Source: Eukaryota sp. GEM-RC1
Taxonomy: Eukaryota
Direction of reading: 5' to 3'
Length of the DNA stretch: 64,000 nucleotides
Assembly (NCBI GenBank): GCA_040285855.1
Contig: JAUFOQ010000016.1
Span: 1,488,001 to 1,552,000 of the forward strand
The translations under genes and the position numbers were made by a program. The notes beneath the pieces are model-generated. The model was not told where the DNA came from. It did no database searches and was given only the letters and a program-made list of their open reading frames with translations. Positions 59,547 through 64,000 of the stretch are shown piece after piece; the stretch's first letter is position 1; each line of letters starts with the position of its first letter.

Positions 59547-62483
59547 TTATTGACTATAAAACCCTCGAAGAACTAAACGAAACAGAACTTGCAGTAAATA
59601 AAGGACTTTCAATTCGGGAAGAAACTCTATCCTTCTGAATTTTCCTAATAACCTTTGGTGTTTGAGCAAAGTTTCCTCTGAATGAATGGGGACTAGAAGG
59701 TAGCTCCTCAGCAAGACGAGATTGGGTTTGTTTCTTTACCCCTGTACGTAAACTACGAAGTGAAATAGGTGTGAGAGGATCAGCTACAGGAATTAGAGAT
59801 TTGATCTCTGGTCTTCGTTGGATAACTTCAGATTTGGCAACTTCCTCTTTTTCAAAATATTAAATATTTCGAGACGTTGAGGTGGAGCTAGACCGTTAGC
59901 TACAGATTGAACCAATTGTTCCAAGCGGCGTTTGGTTTCGTGATCACAGTTATCAATGGAGGAAATAAGTTCAGCAGCCTCAACGTAAAACCCACGAGAT
60001 ATCAAAAGAGAACAGGCTTTTACTGGATTCGAGGTAGAAAGAGCAGAAGTTAAAGCAAACAGTTGCTCTAAATTCCAAGGGAATACTAACAGCTTATGTA
60101 ACAATTTCCTATTCTTAAATAGTGGCTTTTCAGAGAACTCAACAACTGTTTGGACAATTACTAAGAAGATGTCGTTTAAATTAAAACGATTCTCTTTAAT
60201 GCTGGACACCTGATTTAGCAAAGTTTGTAAGTTGGAAAAGTTTCCTGAAATGGAGAGAAATCTCACGAGACTGTCAATAGTTTCGAATAACGTCAATAAA
60301 CTCTTTTTACCCATTGTCAGAATTGGAACAAATTTTAAATTGTCAGGTTTTAAAAGCTGTTCTGTTAATACTCCTACAGAATTATGAATGCTACTCAGAG
60401 GTTGAAGAACCCTACTATCAACACACGAAGTGTCAATTGCCCAAAAACAAGCAATAGTATGGTAAATATCAGCAGGTACACTGAAAACATCACAAAATTT
60501 CAAAATTTCTGTTTCCAGATCCATACCTCCTTTGAATGTGTCATGTAATGTATAGATTAACAAAGAAAAACAAACCAATCTGTGGTCATTCACCGCACTC
60601 AAAATCTCTCCAAAAGCCATCTTTGAACATGATTCAAAGAAAGAGTCACTCAAAAGACAAGCTGTAATAGTGTCAAGAACATTGAGGAAAGGGTAAGAGT
60701 TGACTACACTGCTTACATACGAGACTAACAAGTCAACAAAGGTATTGTCTAGTTTCGTTATAGATCCTAATTTTGAGGTAGATACGTCGAAATAGTCATC
60801 GAAACGAATGTTTTCAAACCACGTTTGCAGATTGACAACAGTCAAATACATTGCCAATTTTGACCTAATTAAAACAACTTGAACCTTGATCACGTCATCA
60901 GTTTGATCCCTACTAGTGAGAGCATCACAAAGGGACACCAAACCTCCCAAATAACTCGCACATCGAGAATCTGAATGAGGGTTTAAAAAGAACGACAACT
61001 TGTCTTCCAAATCCTGAACAAATGTTTCAATAAAACTCCACACATAATCTGGTGTTAACTTAGGAGGAAACACCTCAGAATCAGCTAACATGGAAGAAAC
61101 AGTAGGAGCCAGGCCTAACTCAATAAGGACACATAGTACTTCAAAGCCAGATAGACTCATGAGAGGGTGATAACCCTTGTTTGAAATGAAACATGCTGCA
61201 TCAATAAGGGAATCGTCACTATCAAAGATCAGTTCTAGTGGTTGCCGAAGTAATTCTCGTTTGAGTACATTGATTTTAGACTCAATAACACAAGAAGAAA
61301 AGACCAGTAGAGGAGACAACAATGACAGAAGCATTGGAGAATGACGAAATATGGAGAACTTTGGAGTGCTGGACAGGGGAGAAGCAAATGATACTCCCTG
61401 ACAACTCGAATAGAGGAAAGATGTCATATCCAGTTTCTGATACTGAGCATGCACACAGACCTTCAGCTCCAGTTTCATCAGACCCTTTACCACAAAAATA
61501 GAGCTCATAATCATGATCAGAAGAGGAAACTATCAATGGTGACGTCATCAAGGAGATCGATGGTAGGTCAAAACGAGTGACATCACCAGATATATTACAT
61601 ACACGATCCAACGAGTAACGAGATATCACACTAGGAAGCTGGGCTTCAGAATTCCAATGAGTTCCTCCAGTGACATACAGACAATTTCTGAGAGGAAGGT
61701 AAGTAAAAGAGAGTACAGCAGGGATTATAGGGGCCAGCATGACCTCCTCGCATCTTAACTCTGCTTCTTCAGAGACGAAACTGTAATGAAGGACTCCAAA
61801 GTTAAACTCACCCAGGTTATAAGAAAGTTTGACAGTCTGAAAGAAGCCAAAGGAGTAGCCAACGACCATGTAATAATTCGATGACTCATCAGCAAAAAGA
61901 AACTGAATCGACGATACAAACACAAAATTTGGATTGCGGTCTTTTCCATCAGCAAAAACAAACTTCGACGAAGCAGAAGACGTTGGGCAGGAGAGAGTGA
62001 CGGGAGAGGAGTAGGAGATTTTGGTAGGTAAAAGAGAGACAGTGATTGCGGATATACTTCCTCCTTCTGTACCATATAGAATTAAAGTATCGTTAGCACA
62101 AATGGAAGAGATTGTAGTGACCATGGGAGATCTAGAAAAGGTGGTGACTATCGAGAGAGATAAGGATTGTGTAGAGAGTAGAAGAAGCGCTTGCCCAGCA
62201 TTTGATGAAATTAGTACCAAGATACCGTCGGGATTTGAGATTGTACACGTGTCTTGAACTGAAGTGACATCGCGAAGAAGTGGTATTTTAGCTAAGAGAG
62301 AGTTGTCTTTAAGGGAAAAAACATAAACGTTATGTTTACAGAAAGCCCAAAAGCCGATTAAATGCAACAATAGAGCGTTCAGGTAATTCATGGAAAGGTT
62401 TAGGTGAATAACATTGGGTGAGGGATGTTGACATCAGCTAATAGCTTCTTGTTGTCAAATAGTGATCGAAGGAGGAAGTTCAT
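59547..62483 (-). CDS. ELYS/AHCTF1-like nucleoporin (beta-propeller + ELYS helical domain); several frameshifts
   Basis: Beta-rich ORF 61282-62391; ORF 59793-61514 with FCDVFSVP..YHTIACFWAID; S/T/P-rich basic tail. Confidence 0.6.
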
Positions 62484-63202
62484 TTTCAAAACTTGTCTAA
62501 ATGTATGAGGTGCCGTGTATATAGGCCACCATTTCCTCTAATATACTCATCTACAATATGTGTAGAACACATTGGTTAATGTTCCTTCTCCCAAGACATC
62601 TCCATTTTTTGTTAGTGAATAATCCACGTCTTAAAACCGTTGGCGTTTTTGCTCTTCGGTGAGGTCTAGGATTTTGAACACGAAGTTTCCATTTTCCAGT
62701 ACACATTTTATGATCAAAAAACCATTGGTAGGTCGTAGGACCTACCTGATACTCTAGGTGATATCTGTTTATAGATAACAATCCAACATAAAAGAATGTC
62801 AACAATATCAATAAGAGAGATATCATATTTTCTGTGTCACCTCATATTCATGTGACAATTCACAGAGATGGTTTAACATTTAATCATAATAACTAAACAA
62901 TGTTTTAAAAGGGCAAATGATATCCTTCATCAGATTCTTGATCAGTTGACATCATATCTTTGAGAATATCGTACAATCAAAGCGGAAGCCTTGTCTCTAT
63001 ATCACAATTATGTTCGCAGATGAAGCTGTACATGAATAGCTGTTGATGTTAGACAATGGTATTGTTGAGATTGTATGGTACGACTATTTTAATACAACTG
63101 TGTAGAGTATTACTCCATGTATCATAAACACAATGTAGGATAGAAGAGAATGTGAGATGGTGTATTTACTGTATGTGGTGTATTTACGTGGTGTATTTAC
63201 AT

Positions 63203-64000
63203 CAGGGCTGTGAAAAAATATAAACATTTAAATAACGGCAATAAATTAATGCAAAAATAATTTATTTTTCTCAGGTAACATACGGCAATCATTTACTGCT
63301 GATCTAGAAATTATTTATATTATTGGTACTAATCTGTGTGTATTTTGTTTTAACCATTGGTTAAATTACTGATTTACCATAAGTATAGATGCCGCAACTT
63401 TATTAGTGGATAAAATCAAGTTAACAGCAAAATCACCGGATCAGATTCATCTCCTCCTCTTCATGAATAAAAGAAGTTGCCTTGTTTTACTTCCGGAAAA
63501 CTGAACAACAACCTTCTGATCTTCCTGAGGATAAAGTCTCTTACACTTGTCAGAGATGCCCCAATTTAAGTGTGTCTATTCTTAAGAACAAAGGATATGC
63601 TAACTTAATGTCCCACATCAATAAACACCACAAAAACTATGTCTCTGAGATGGCTGCTGTAAACAGTATATTATAATGTATAATATAGAATATTATTAGA
63701 GAACTATTACGCATGTCCCCTCCCAATTTTAGGCATGTCCCATAATTTCTTTTTGCACCTTAACTTTCATTGATCTCTTACAAAGATGCTCATATGGAAT
63801 AAAATTGTCGTTTAGGGACCGTACTGCTCTCGATGTCAAAGCAGAGATCATGGGAGACACGAAGCAGAGAAGCAGTCACAAACCGACAGTCTTTGGCCTT
63901 GTTGAAGAAGATCACTGGTTCTGGAAGATATCACTCACTTCTGTCACAAACGACATGACAAGAAGTATCAGGTCTGCGAGTCTTGATCACTGAGGGTCAG
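63203..64000 (+). mobile_element. Left end of a hAT element with a BED-finger transposase remnant
   Basis: CAGGGCTGTGAAAA end resembles the 43551 TIR; ORF 63482-63676 has YTCQRC...GYANLMSHINKHH. Confidence 0.65.

Noticed and set aside
15380..62483. Programmed ribosomal frameshifting or RNA editing as the cause of the many split genes
   Set aside because: The shifts I could resolve fall in homopolymer or dinucleotide runs (H3 A4, importin T4 and T-run, glutaminase A4, acyltransferase T3/C4), go in both directions and share no slippery-stop motif. Long-read consensus error is simpler; short-read polishing would confirm.

Overview
AT-rich, gene-dense nuclear DNA from a microbial eukaryote, probably a flagellate: it has a PIERCE-type axonemal gene, a histone H3 and 29-32 nt GT-AG introns. 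Many conserved genes carry single-base frameshifts in homopolymers, consistent with an unpolished long-read assembly. Recognisable genes include AFI1/MesA-like, mucolipin, histone H3, ZNF598/Hel2, PIERCE1/2-like, ALG13, two importin-alpha-like paralogs, a bacterial-type DUF2339 membrane protein, PPWD1, a double glutaminase-ankyrin protein, Dopey, an LPCAT-type acyltransferase, Ska3-like and ELYS-like. The standout is a Fanzor (eukaryotic TnpB-like RNA-guided RuvC nuclease) at 26335-28132, with all three RuvC acidic residues and a nested-stem candidate omegaRNA overlapping its 3' end. Also present are a >=4.4 kb segmental duplication, several hAT elements with 8-bp TSDs (one nested), a palindrome-rich TA-flanked MITE, non-LTR retrotransposon relics and a ~125 bp bacterial-like 23S rRNA fragment. 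All family assignments are by-eye motif recognition, not database searches.
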